Source: Tubiluchus corallicola
Taxonomy: Eukaryota > Animalia > Priapulida
DNA length: 64,000 bases
Assembly (NCBI GenBank): GCA_030141605.1
Contig: JAQGDQ010000151.1
Location: 124,001 to 188,000, forward strand
Direction of reading: 5' to 3'
Shown one piece after another: positions 55,341-64,000 of this stretch (the stretch's first letter is position 1; each line of letters opens with the position of its first letter). A program made the translations under genes and the position numbers. The notes below the pieces were generated by a model. It saw only the letters and a program-made list of their open reading frames with translations. It was not told where the DNA came from and ran no database searches.

Positions 55341-58300
55341 CCTCTCTCTTTCTACTTCTAATTGCTCTACAGTGGTTTAATTAAGAGGACTATCAGAATA
55401 ATTGAAAATAACGCAAAGAATCTTGTATAGCAGACAGTCAGAATGTGCCATATTTTTAAAAGGCTTAACTCGTGTTGATACTGCCTCATTGTCCTCAATA
55501 TTTTCACAGTCTTAGGCAGATGCCTAAATCAGCAAAAAAAATGGCATATCTGTGAAAGGAACTACAAATTAGTTAGTCTTAATAAGTAATAATTGTAAAA
55601 AACAAAATAAAATGGAGGCCTTACAAACTATAAAGATTTGTGAATATTTTCGGACCAATACGTGCCCAATAAATTATGTTCATTTGCAAGACTTTTTAGA
55701 GGTTCGTTTGCGGCAAGACCAGATCCTAGTTCATTATCAAAATAATATTAAAAATATTAAACTGGCAAATATATCACAGATACATTTAGATGTATGTTAC
55801 ATCTTCGCTAAATGCTAAGAAACGAACGAAATAATTTTCAGTCAAAGTAAAAATAACTGCCCAACAGTAAGTTTCCTAACCAGTCTCCCAGCAAATCAGT
55901 TGCAAAGCTCGACATTGCTTCACTTCGGTAACCATTCACATGCCATGATTATTTACTATAGTGTATAAGCAAAAATCAACATGGTTTGCTATATAATTGT
56001 TCTGACATTACAAAAATATTTCGTTGCTTTAACGAGTTGACCAAATTTTTTTATTGTATAATTTATATTAATCAATAAACATAGTTAGAATGAACTACAT
56101 TTTGTTTTGTATCATCTAATCATGATTTAAAAAGGATTCATTACATTTTCTGGGAATTTTATTTTCAGGGAAATGGCTGTTCTTAGAAAAATCTTTTCTG
56201 TGGAGTAAATTTTTCTGGCAAAAAAGTTTTCTATATATATATATACTAATCTTTATTTGCCATTAAAACATTGATAATCACTGATAAAAACTTTACAGAG
56301 ATAATCAATCAGTGTTAGTTAATAAAAACTTACACTGCTGAAGGCAAATGCGTCAGTGCAATCTAAACTACTGTGCAGTAATGACGAATAAAATCAAACA
56401 TATTTACAACCATACACAAAACAAAAAAAAAACAAATTATGATTTAATTAATATGGCCGTGGGTATATGAATTCTGAATTAGTGTGTATGTTGTCGTACT
56501 GGTGTGATGGTATTTCATATCTGGTTAATATTAGTGATTTTAATTTTGTTTTAAATGCTGATAGGGACTTGATTTGTTTAACCTGTAATGGTAGAGAATT
56601 CCAAAGTAAAATTGCTTGTTTGATTACAGAGTTCGTTCCATAGTGGGTATTTGTCCTAATTTGTTTGTTTTTTCTGTGATGTTTTGTTTGTCAGGAAAAA
56701 AATTGAGCTGGCAAAAACTTTTCTGGGAAACGAGTTTACTTCATATTTTGCAGAACAAATTATTGCAAACATAACAATTTGCTCTAACTTTTAAAAGACA
56801 ATGGTAATGATTAATATTATGACGATATTGACAGAGATGATTCTAATGATAGTAATGACGAAGACGTTAGTGATGAGACCTATATTAAAGGTCTGACCTA
56901 TATAGAAATCTTTCAGATTTCTGCCCTAAAATTTGCAATCCTTCTTATAATTCTATGTCATATATTAGATGAATATCTGGTAGATTTTCTAACTTCTCAT
57001 AAAGCTTTTGTACTGAACTAAGCATTTTGATGTTTTATACTGTTCATTGCATATTTTAATGGTCTGTTTTATTGGCTTTGCAGAGATTGTCATGTGCCTT
57101 ATCATTATTGCTTCATGCTATGCTAGCCAGCATTATGTTTTATGGAATTACTGAGAAACCGGAAGACCAACTTGCCATAGGGGAGTTCAAAATTTCTATA
57201 CAACAATTTCTTATTGGTACATCTTAATTTATTCATAATTCTTATAATTAATTGACACTCTGTTATGTTTAATCTTCACTAGTTATATAATTATACAATA
57301 TATGTCATGAAGCTCACGATTTCTTGATTTGATTTTTATTATTTATTAGTTTGTAATTATTATCAATAGTCATATTATTACATTCTCTTGTTAAAATATT
57401 AAATTAAAATCCCACACAAGAAATTTCATCTGTGAAACAAGTTTATTTCTTTGTATACAGTCCAAACTTTCATCCTTGAACTAGTATGCATAACATTTAC
57501 CTTCATTGAAATTTAACCTGGGCATTTGGTTTTTACAGATCACTATCTGTAAAATTGTAAGCATGTGACTTGAGAGAGAGAGAGCTATGTATGGTATCAC
57601 TACTGATTCATAAAATAAAGTTTATGAGATATAAAGCGAAACTCACCTGTATTCTACTTGATTTATCAGTGTCTTAGCAATTACCTTTAGAAACGTCTTC
57701 ATAATACATATGGTACATGCATTCTTTTAACAATTGCCATATTTATGGCTAAAAACAAAGCTGTCATCTAGGTATATGTCTAATGTTAGTCTAGGATTGC
57801 ATATACTCTTAATGTTAGGAATATCTGTAGTGAATTGCTTGTTGAGTGGTCATTTCTTAATTTTTTTGTTTTTTTAATTGCAGGTATGCAGACTAACTTA
57901 ATCGTTTTTCCAATCAATTTGCTTGTAGTCCAGTTATTCCGCAGGACAACTACCCATGAAGACAAGACCCCAGAATTTATTAGAGAGCTGTAAGATTTAT
58001 TAATCTTTTGTTAGTGATGCTGTTGTTAGTGAAGCTAATTTGTTGACATGTGCTGGTTTTAAATATACCAGCACTACTCGGCTATAAATAAATTGTACAA
58101 GTTTCTCTACACGAATATACACATTCAATGTTCGTTTCAAGAGTTAATTACTTTGAATACTTTTTTGATGGCATACTGCATTGATTTAGTTAATAATTGA
58201 AATAGTGTGTGGAAAAGTGCATGACTATAATATAGCTATGTTCACATTTATGCACTTTTTCTGTACATGCTCCATAAATGTCAATATATACTGATATATT

Positions 58301-61300
58301 TAATCTTGCTTGACCTATTCCATTCTTCACTGGTTTCTACTAGTCTTAGGATCGGAAATTCTGCAGACAGCTTTTTTGTCTGCATTCTCCACCAATTTCT
58401 CTCGGCTGCTACTATTGCACATTCTGTTAGTGCTTTTACTTAGCTTTTTTTTAATTATATTACACATCTATCCATCTCGGCTGTCTTCCATGACCGCTTT
58501 TGCTTCATTTTGTCCTCAAAAGATAGACACGTTCGTGCCAGTTACACTGCAAAATGAAACAGAAACTTCTGGGATGGATTGGTCTGCTTTTGGGCTCGAC
58601 GCCAGGTCCTCAACTGCTGATAAGTTGACTGAGCTGTAGAGATACATTTACCTGATCCAAAAAATGACTGCTTTCAGTCAGTTTAATACATTACTTTTTT
58701 TTAAATTATCCTTTTTCTGGTTGGGAATATGCTAATTTTTATTTAATTTTAAACACATCCAAAAACTAAATTGTCAGATGATCTTTTCGAAGCAACCAGT
58801 TTAAAATTTTCAGGTTCTTGAGTTTTCTGTGTTAATAGTGTTTAAACTTTTAAAACTTGTCTTTCAGATACACTTTTCAGTGAGTTTTTTATGTTTTCAC
58901 AGTAAAGAGAAAACTGCAGATGCAATCGAAAGAGTAACGGAACAATTTCGGGACAAACAGACGGGTTCATTTGCTGCCGGATCTTTTTTTAGAATATCTT
59001 CATGGGTAAGTACAGCAGCCAAATAATATTAAAGCATTTTTAGAGTAAACTAACTTTTTTAAGTTGCTGATCAAACTAACCAAACTGGATGTTAACTACA
59101 CATTGTGGTTTCATCATACTTAATAACTTGGGAAATTTCGTCTGCTTAGCAATTTGTCTATAAATCTTGACCAATATCAGTGAAACATTAATTTCATATG
59201 TTTGCTGCCGCTTGCTTGGAAATGTTTCGGAAACATTTCTGTGCTAAATAAATTAAGCATGTATTTTCAGGCTTGTTAATGTTAATGATATAGGTCACCA
59301 TTCATGTTGTTCATGTAAATGATTTTCTAAATTATCACTCTCAACCACTGCAATCTTAATTAGATTACTTAATCGATCTGTTATGTTGAATTGTTTATGT
59401 TGAGAAATAACAAAGTTACTGGCAAACTAACCTCCACTTTGTGTGTTTGCATTAATGCATTTGAATGACTGATGTTGATGTCAAATGGAGCTGCATTGCA
59501 TTTTACAAATGTTACTATTGCTGCTTTTATTATTTGAACATTAATCATCTTGAAATGTCATGCATGAATAATAAAACTGTTCATCCGCACTCACGTTTTA
59601 AAGTTTAGCTCTTGGACTGGCTTTTATTTGCAAAATCATTTTTTTTCAGGTGGGAAAAAGCGAAATAAAATTTGAAACGGAAGAGGACTGGTTAGCCTGG
59701 TTGCGGAATTCTAACCGTTTAGAAGATAATACCGAAAAAGAAATATATGAGGAACTCAAAACCTCGAACAATGTGTTGTTAAAGATGGCAAAAAAGTTTA
59801 GCAAAGGTGCACAGGAGGAGTTCAGAAAAGCTTATGTAGCCCAAAGGCAAATTCTGAAACGTAGAGCAGAACTGAAAAAGAGAGGCGCGAGCATATACGA
59901 ACCTGATGACTGGTGGGGATATGAACTCATCTACATTAAAAAAGAACGAAGTTTTTGGGATGGCATCATTGCCTTGTTTAATATTCTCTGCTGTACTTGT
60001 GACTGTGAATGTGAGTTACCATGGTGGTGTCTCTATGTTGCCTGGACAGTTCTTGTTGTTTCCTCATTAATTTCTTCTTACCTAGTTATGCTTTACGGAC
60101 TAAGTTACGGATATAACAAAAGCGTTGACTGGTTGATTTCCATGGTGACATCATTCTTTCAAAGCCTGTTTTTCAGTGAACCAATAAAAGCTTTGCTTAC
60201 TGCTGCATTTCTCGCTTTTCTATTTAGAAAGCCGCCAGAGTTGGAGGGAGAACCTTATAATGTTCCTCTGCAAGAAGGTGAAGAATATCTTCAACAAACC
60301 TATTTTGATACCTATCAAAGGTGAGAAAAAATATTCCATTATAAAAATAAGTGTCACAATTACGTGCACCGTGTGAGCAATCCCTATTGCAACTGTGTTA
60401 TAGATATTTGTTCACACTCTTCCTCAAGCATAGTCTGTAAATAGGATGTTTTTCTCATATTGAATTTTGATGTCACAGTCTTATAGGCATTTGATTCTTT
60501 CGGCCACTTCTTATGTTTTGAGTGCAGATGAACTTCTACTTTTTTAAATACTGACAAAGAACTTACTTCCAGAGAATGCCACTGACTGTATAGGCCTTCT
60601 GGCTACTTTATTTCTATGCATACTTTCTTCTTCCAGCTATATGCTGTAACCTGATAAAAATATTCCCATGTATTGGACATCGGCTTCCATGAGTATTAAT
60701 TAGTGCATCACCAAATTTGTCCAAATCAGTTAATACTTAAAGTTTTTTTAATTTTAGTTGGTTTTCTTGTCCTGAAAAGTTGATGAAAAGTTATTAAAAA
60801 ATTTACTTGCATTAAAAAATTTACTTGCTTGCTTATGCTTACCTTGTAGATTTTGTAGTTTCCATAATTACAGAAAACATTCCCAGTTTTGTTGATCTGA
60901 GAAAATGTAAATGCTGACTTGAAAAATGAACACCGTGTAGCAACATTTCACTATACTCATACATTTTGTTTAACTTTGTGTGTATTTTGCCCACAGCTAT
61001 TTTTAGCTTTCTACATTTTTAGCTTGCTTCAGCGTCGGGAGAAATGTCAACCTCCAGATGAGAGGCAAATTGCTGCCACCAGGGAACGGCTCGTTTACCG
61101 ACGAAAAATGCGGCGGCTTCTTAATGATATTGCACTATACTTTTGTTATGCTTTGGTACTCTCCAGATTCATCTACCATGTTGTTGATACCAGGTAAAAT
61201 TTTCCACGCTAATCTACTATTATATTAATATTCTTGGTATGGGCTTAATATATTTATTTATATATATATAAGATTCGAGGCTACAGCTTCGACGAGGGCA

Positions 61301-63765
61301 CCATTTGCGGCGATCTATACATCAAACGAAAGGTCTCGATCTAGTGTCGTGCCATTGATGGTTTATTTTTCGAATTGGGTCCACCGCGAGGAAGGGGAGG
61401 CGAAAAACCTCCAAAAATGGCCCTTTTTCGGCCGTTTTTTGCAAAAGTTATACGGCTGAGATGTAGAGAACGGGAACAGACCGAGGGGGTACTGGGTACG
61501 GATAGATAGCCCGTTCAGCGGTGGGTGTAGTAGGCATATTTAGAATTCCCGAGAGGGCCAGGGCGCCCTGCAACGGGCGTTTTCCCGGACCCAACTCGCG
61601 ATTTTTTCGAAATTTTGACCAAACAGCATGCGAGAAAAACGTTCTAGCGGCGCCCGGTGGGACTCTCGGAAGGAGATATATGGCTCTTTAGAAAGAGGAA
61701 GGACAGGGCTACACGATGGTGTGGGTTACATTTTAGGGCAAGTCCACCGAGAGGAGTATTGGCAAGTTAATTAGATGTTCTATTTTCGGCGATTTTCGCT
61801 TAGAAAACTGTGGTGACGCATTCCATTGTGCTGACGTCATCCATTGTACTCTGCTGTAATCTTATAACTTTAATTCAGCAAAAAGCTGCCTGCTACGGGT
61901 TTGCGTTAGATAAACAGGCATACAGTAGACAGGATGTTACGGGCTTTGTGTTATAAATGAGGACTGTGTAGGATGTTCGCGTGTTATTGATTATACATGG
62001 TTTTTTACGCAAAATCTTTTGCGGGGCCTTTGCTAGTATAGTATTATTTCTCATAAAAAATTTTTTTCTCTAAATAAACGAACTCAATCAGTATATGTGA
62101 ACCAGACCATTAGTGTTATAGACTCTATAGTACCTTCATAGTGAGAAGTATTGCATGAAAGGGTTTTCACTTTTTAGATAATTTTGGATTTGAACCTTAA
62201 CCTTGTTTTACTATTTGTGCCATCACCTATCCATTATTAGAAGTCAAACAGTCTGGCAACTGGAAATAGGCCTTGCTTGCCGTAAGCCAACTGAACATTG
62301 CTGGAAGGCAATTTTGTTTTTTCTAAAATTGTGTACAAGTGGAATTTCTGGGAGGCGATTTTAAGGTGACATTTTTGGGGTCGACTTACACATACGATAT
62401 GTTTTGGGAGTTGTCGCTAAAGTGTCATCTACAATATGAATATGTAAAGAAATAATCCTTCATTATACGCTCGACTGAATGAACACTCATACTGTGATAC
62501 TTCACATCCGCGAATGTTCGCATTTTGACATTACTTCACAAAATTAACAAATATTACTGTAATTTATTTTAATGTATGTGAAATTAAGTTAAAATTTATA
62601 TATTACCGGTAAACAAACTGGCTTCTGCGGGAAGTTTTACACTTGCCTTGAATATACGTGTTTTATTGGCAAAAAATATAGGCTAATGATTTATTACTCT
62701 GCCATTGTTGACATCATTTACTCAGGAAGATTTTAATATTTCATGGTCGACTTGTACACAGGTAATATATAAAATTATGCAATTTTTGGTCTTAAAGTGC
62801 ACATCAGCTTGTACACACGTATATACGGTAGTATTAATTCTCGTAAAAATTTCATTTCTTTAAATAAACAAACTCAAACAGTATACGTGAACCAGACCAT
62901 TAGTGTTATGGACTCTATAGTACCTTCATAGTGAGATGTATCATATATTGCATGAAAAGATATTCATTTTTTAGATAAGTTTGCATTTGAAACTTAAACC
63001 ATGTTTTGCTATTCGTGTTATCACCTGTCCATTATTAAAAGTCAAACAGTTTGGTAAGTTGAAATAGGCCTTACTTACCTTAAGTCAGCTGAGTTTGTGC
63101 ATTGGAAGGTTGCTGAAGGCAATTTTGGTTTTTCGAAAATTTTATTTCCGTCTAAAATATGGTATGTTACCATATGAGATACAAAGCTTAAATATTTTTC
63201 CAGTGACAGAAATACTTAATTTGATTTTACCAATAACTACATTAAAATTAAGTTGCAAGTGCTTTTAATTTCACATGGCAAAGTTGGATAACTAGAGTAC
63301 GAGAGAAGAGAGATAAGGAGCAAGGAAAGAGGAATGTGTGAAAGAGAGGAAGGGGAAGAAAGAGAGGGGGATCGAGAGAGTAGAGAAGAGAGATGAGTGA
63401 TCTAAAAATTAGCATGCAAACAACATGTAATGCAAGTCTTTGCCAGTATATGTATATTTTAAAGCTTTGGGTATTAAGGTTTAATTATTTGCTTTGTATT
63501 CTGAAGAATTTTTTTATTAAATGACTTGATTGTGGTATTGCAAACTATGAACAGTGAGTAACAGTGAACAAAAGTTTCATAGAATAAAATTTTCTGTAAT
63601 AATAAGCTTTCTGTGTATATGCAGTACTAAATCACTATACACATGCTGTAAAAGCAATTCTAGATTATTTAGTGTCCTTTTCTTTGCAGAGCTTATTCCG
63701 TAACGAAGTCGGTTGAAGATCTTGTTATTAATCCTAAAATGCCTGGACAAACCAAATTTAGTCAG
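1456..63765 (+). CDS. Polycystin-1 family (PKD1-like / PKD1L2-PKDREJ-type) multi-exon gene, partial (29 exons in window; 5' and 3' ends outside)
   Basis: 29 AG/GT-bounded exons splice into one open frame of about 1737 codons. Motifs: REJ ([24 protein letters not shown]), GAIN (PGDEP, NPYNW), GPS ([19 protein letters not shown]), TM1, PLAT ([17 protein letters not shown]), [28 protein letters not shown] and later TMs. Exact orthology cannot be determined by eye. Confidence 0.95.
3479..5672. mobile_element. Long inverted repeat pair (arms ~3479-4016 and ~5061-5672); foldback/MITE-like
   Basis: agtaggtgtgatgttcaatttcc... matches the reverse complement of ...cgaacatcacacttact; the ORF track shows homologous peptides on opposite strands ([17 protein letters not shown] / [17 protein letters not shown]). 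Confidence 0.8.
4640..5053 (+). mobile_element. 3' fragment of RTE-like non-LTR retrotransposon with (GAT)n tail
   Basis: [14 protein letters not shown]...[23 protein letters not shown], then a stop codon and a gatgatgatgatgat tail. Confidence 0.8.
5765..6079. repeat. 45-bp minisatellite, about 7 copies
   Basis: Unit aacaatgtatagtcaacactcataatcaatgcaaagatcacactg. Confidence 0.92.
7572..7664 (+). CDS. PKD1-like exon 2 (REJ)
   Basis: tttag|...caag|gtaac; [30 protein letters not shown]; phase 1-1. Confidence 0.88.
9296..10670 (+). mobile_element. Internally deleted CR1/L2-group LINE: ORF1 (coiled coil + RRM-like) joined to an RT fragment
   Basis: ORF1: [43 protein letters not shown]: [42 protein letters not shown]. 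Stops present. Confidence 0.85.
10720..11540 (-). mobile_element. Probable LINE ORF1 5' remnant (acidic + coiled coil)
   Basis: Degenerate K/E-rich coiled-coil frame ([28 protein letters not shown]). Confidence 0.4.
11667..12356. mobile_element. MITE with ~37-bp TIRs and 8-bp TSD (Merlin- or hAT-class)
   Basis: TIR ggcgcta(t/c)tacactttcgcaccgcctagttttttct at both ends; gaacactg duplicated at 11659-11666 and 12357-12364. Confidence 0.9.
12810..13290 (+). repeat. Interspersed repeat; inverted copy at ~45515-45965
   Basis: ttattccatttccgtag..aaatcttgcagacgagc..ggcaagagagac..gctttgaaacttcgtctctacattctg is shared in opposite orientation. Confidence 0.8.
15664..15777 (+). CDS. PKD1-like exon 3 (REJ)
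   Basis: ctag|...aaag|gtagg; [28 protein letters not shown]. Confidence 0.9.
15830..16047 (+). mobile_element. LINE reverse transcriptase fragment (CR1/L2-like)
   Basis: [21 protein letters not shown]...FAGDTTLF. Confidence 0.85.
16050..18600. mobile_element. Polinton/Maverick (adintovirus-like) remnant
   Basis: Minus 16060-16290: [27 protein letters not shown], typical of the A32/FtsK-like packaging ATPase (Walker B onward). Plus ~18250-18580: IDAFQ..VKNLII..SFKPP..W..YSEL..MYVK..IEDL, resembling a Polinton accessory (exonuclease-like) ORF. Confidence 0.7.
19199..19418 (-). repeat. 3' LTR of the BEL/Pao element
   Basis: TG...CA termini; purine tract aaggaggcga on the minus strand just internal to 19418 (putative PPT); homologous to 25575-26063. 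Confidence 0.75.
24320..25062 (-). pseudogene. GYG1: Intronless glycogenin (GT8) catalytic domain embedded in the LTR element
   Basis: [34 protein letters not shown] / [63 protein letters not shown] / [37 protein letters not shown]; two frame breaks (~24950, ~24620). Confidence 0.93.
25575..26063 (-). repeat. 5' LTR, interrupted by a ~310-bp insertion (~25663-25973) and truncated at its outer end
   Basis: Matches the left LTR with about 7 differences in the first 88 bp; homology resumes at agatgtcaccacct (~25976). Confidence 0.8.
26494..27135. mobile_element. Small element bounded by (AGT)n...(ACT)n with degenerate TTAGGG-like repeats inside
   Basis: agtagtagtagt at 26494, actactact at 27127, gttagggttagagttagggttag at ~26871; partly related sequence in inverted orientation at ~8980-9145. 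Confidence 0.45.
27256..27401 (+). CDS. PKD1-like exon 4 (REJ)
   Basis: ttcag|...act|gtgag; [30 protein letters not shown]. Confidence 0.9.
29577..29721 (+). CDS. PKD1-like exon 5
   Basis: ttccag|VWPHELL...IKAGDFT g|gtcagt; an alternative in-phase donor exists at 29709. Confidence 0.8.
30581..30714 (+). CDS. PKD1-like exon 6
   Basis: aacag|[13 protein letters not shown]...TKSK|gtaaa. Confidence 0.88.
31129..31254 (+). CDS. PKD1-like exon 7
   Basis: ttcag|[13 protein letters not shown]...TPKLQ|gtgag. Confidence 0.88.
32477..32568 (+). CDS. PKD1-like exon 8
   Basis: tacag|[11 protein letters not shown]...ESTK aa|gtatg. Confidence 0.85.
34532..34676 (+). CDS. PKD1-like exon 9
   Basis: ttccag|[10 protein letters not shown]...EEIIEQ|gtaag. 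Confidence 0.85.
35296..35446 (+). CDS. PKD1-like exon 10 (GAIN)
   Basis: tttag|QKNITKR...[10 protein letters not shown]...HLR g|gtaac. Confidence 0.88.
36112..38670. repeat. Satellite: cacctgcactcaggtgcgccctcactcacacattaagtgaaa + variable (CA)n, roughly 45-50 units
   Basis: Directly visible tandem array in intron 10. Confidence 0.97.
38783..38877 (+). CDS. PKD1-like exon 11 (GAIN)
   Basis: ttcag|[15 protein letters not shown]...HDIK|gttgt. Confidence 0.85.
39767..39920 (+). CDS. PKD1-like exon 12 (GAIN)
   Basis: tacag|[27 protein letters not shown]...EIP g|gtata. Confidence 0.9.
41110..41252 (+). CDS. PKD1-like exon 13 (GAIN)
   Basis: tttag|VPEIETN...TVHSFII...ILLK|gtaat. Confidence 0.88.
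41768..41915 (+). mobile_element. Degenerate tRNA-derived SINE fragment
   Basis: A/B-box-like agtctaatggtaa...gtgagtttgatac followed by taaaaatggtacctgcag..ttggcat, reminiscent of a conserved SINE central domain. Confidence 0.4.
42537..43458 (+). CDS. PKD1-like exon 14 (GAIN segment plus 32-Cys insert)
   Basis: tacag|[14 protein letters not shown]...WYVGI, then a Cys-rich tract, ...PAAN g|gtatg; 922 bp open. Confidence 0.9.
43575..44650. mobile_element. Probable MITE with a nested insertion
   Basis: tttcacaggactgcgact...agtcgcaaaccctgtgaaa imperfect inverted ends; inner segment ~43905-44502 has its own tagtg..cacta ends and gtaatc/gattac motifs. Confidence 0.45.
44850..45000 (+). CDS. PKD1-like exon 15 (extra PLAT, N-part)
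   Basis: tacag|..[26 protein letters not shown]...FSRG ca|gtaag. Confidence 0.9.
45515..45965 (-). repeat. Interspersed repeat, copy of 12810-13290
   Basis: Reverse-complement similarity seen directly. Confidence 0.8.
47061..47124. repeat. (TG)n microsatellite
   Basis: About 32 TG units. Confidence 0.97.
47270..47372 (+). CDS. PKD1-like exon 16 (extra PLAT, middle)
   Basis: ttcag|[34 protein letters not shown]|gtagt. Confidence 0.9.
49273..49393 (+). CDS. PKD1-like exon 17 (extra PLAT, C-part)
   Basis: attag|[20 protein letters not shown]...YTPP g|gtatt. Confidence 0.87.
50186..50286 (+). CDS. PKD1-like exon 18 (GPS first half)
   Basis: ttcag|..[28 protein letters not shown]|gtaat. Confidence 0.92.
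50895..51125 (+). CDS. PKD1-like exon 19 (GPS cleavage site, TM1)
   Basis: tacag|[31 protein letters not shown]...NNPVIV...YARRKD..TR|gttag. Confidence 0.95.
51566..51686 (+). CDS. PKD1-like exon 20 (canonical PLAT)
   Basis: tccag|[40 protein letters not shown] g|gtaca. Confidence 0.92.
52279..52438 (+). CDS. PKD1-like exon 21 (canonical PLAT)
   Basis: gtcag|..[29 protein letters not shown] tg|gtgag. Confidence 0.93.
52848..52986 (+). CDS. PKD1-like exon 22 (canonical PLAT end)
   Basis: ttaag|[29 protein letters not shown]...QLK|gtaac. Confidence 0.92.
53092..53300. repeat. TG-rich minisatellite (~55-bp unit)
   Basis: gcatgaccatgtgtg..tgtcctgtgtatgtgtatgaaggtgcgtg, about 3.5 copies. Confidence 0.85.
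54162..54269 (+). CDS. PKD1-like exon 23
   Basis: tgcag|QFSHLF...[21 protein letters not shown]|gtttg (hallmark PKD1-family motif). Confidence 0.93.
55285..55350. repeat. (CT)n microsatellite
   Basis: Direct observation. Confidence 0.95.
56400..56660 (-). mobile_element. LINE 3' end fragment
   Basis: Minus frame [23 protein letters not shown], typical of the C-terminus of CR1/L2 ORF2. Confidence 0.6.
57084..57216 (+). CDS. PKD1-like exon 24 (TM2)
   Basis: tgcag|[21 protein letters not shown]...QFLI g|gtaca. Confidence 0.93.
57884..57989 (+). CDS. PKD1-like exon 25 (TM3)
   Basis: tgcag|[21 protein letters not shown]...RE ct|gtaag. Confidence 0.92.
58903..59005 (+). CDS. PKD1-like exon 26 (cytoplasmic loop)
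   Basis: cacag|[10 protein letters not shown]...RISSW|gtaag; its 2-0 phase bridges exons 25 and 27. Confidence 0.8.
59650..60320 (+). CDS. PKD1-like exon 27 (loop, TM4, TM5)
   Basis: ttcag|VGKSE...[10 protein letters not shown]...YGLSYG...[15 protein letters not shown]...YQ ag|gtgag. Confidence 0.95.
61023..61193 (+). CDS. PKD1-like exon 28 (TM6)
   Basis: tttag|[16 protein letters not shown]...[16 protein letters not shown]...DT ag|gtaaa. Confidence 0.9.
61257..62036 (+). mobile_element. Non-autonomous Helitron-like element
   Basis: GC-rich island starting at a (TA)n tract; perfect hairpin cgcaaaa-tc-ttttgcg (62008-62023) about 10 bp before a terminal CTAG followed by T; no TSD or TIR. Confidence 0.75.
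62040..63140. repeat. Direct duplication (~62040-62330 vs ~62830-63140) flanking a one-ended pogo/Tc1-like MITE
   Basis: gtgaaccagaccattagtgtta..ctctatagtaccttcatagtgaga occurs twice; the spacer has gtcgactt.tacac motifs and ends in tatacggta. Confidence 0.75.
63690..63765 (+). CDS. PKD1-like exon 29 (start of TOP/polycystin domain)
   Basis: tgcag|[25 protein letters not shown]|gtatc. Confidence 0.82.
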
Positions 63766-64000
63766 GTATCCATATTATTAGTTGATATTAATGTGACAAA
63801 CGTGTTTAATCTTGTATCACTTGTTGTGTATATGTATGAAATTTATTGTAACACATAAATTGTGAATCTTCTTGTACACTTTGCCTTGCCAATTTTATTT
63901 TTTTCGAACCTTAAATGGGTTATTCACATTTTAATGTTAATTTTATGTATGTTTTCTACAATAAATACAATATTTCATGGTTTTTTATTGCAAATGGAGA

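Noticed and set aside
55046-55384. 112-aa ORF
   Set aside because: Made of a tttccca/gaaa low-complexity repeat plus the (CT)n microsatellite.
58310-58639. Hydrophobic 109-aa ORF as an extra exon
   Set aside because: No convincing splice sites; exons 25-26-27 already join in phase.

Overview
AT-rich animal genomic DNA, probably an invertebrate; not prokaryotic. The whole window lies inside one large + strand gene of the polycystin-1 family (PKD1L2/PKDREJ/REJ-type). I traced 29 exons by hand (1456-63765, about 5.2 kb of CDS). All have AG/GT boundaries and matching phases, and they encode REJ, GAIN/GPS, TM1, PLAT and TM2-TM6; both gene ends lie outside the window. Two things stand out. (1) A novel 32-Cys module with mirror-symmetric spacing and a second, extracellular PLAT domain are inserted into the GAIN domain just before the GPS. 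(2) Intron 3 holds a decayed BEL/Pao LTR retrotransposon (19199-~26063, minus strand) that carries an intronless, domain-length glycogenin (GT8) sequence inside its gag region. The introns also contain Polinton/Maverick-like fragments, LINE fragments, a Kolobok-like transposase remnant, a MITE with an 8-bp TSD, a Helitron-like element and a 2.5-kb hairpin/E-box satellite. Family calls come from motif recognition only; no database searches were run.
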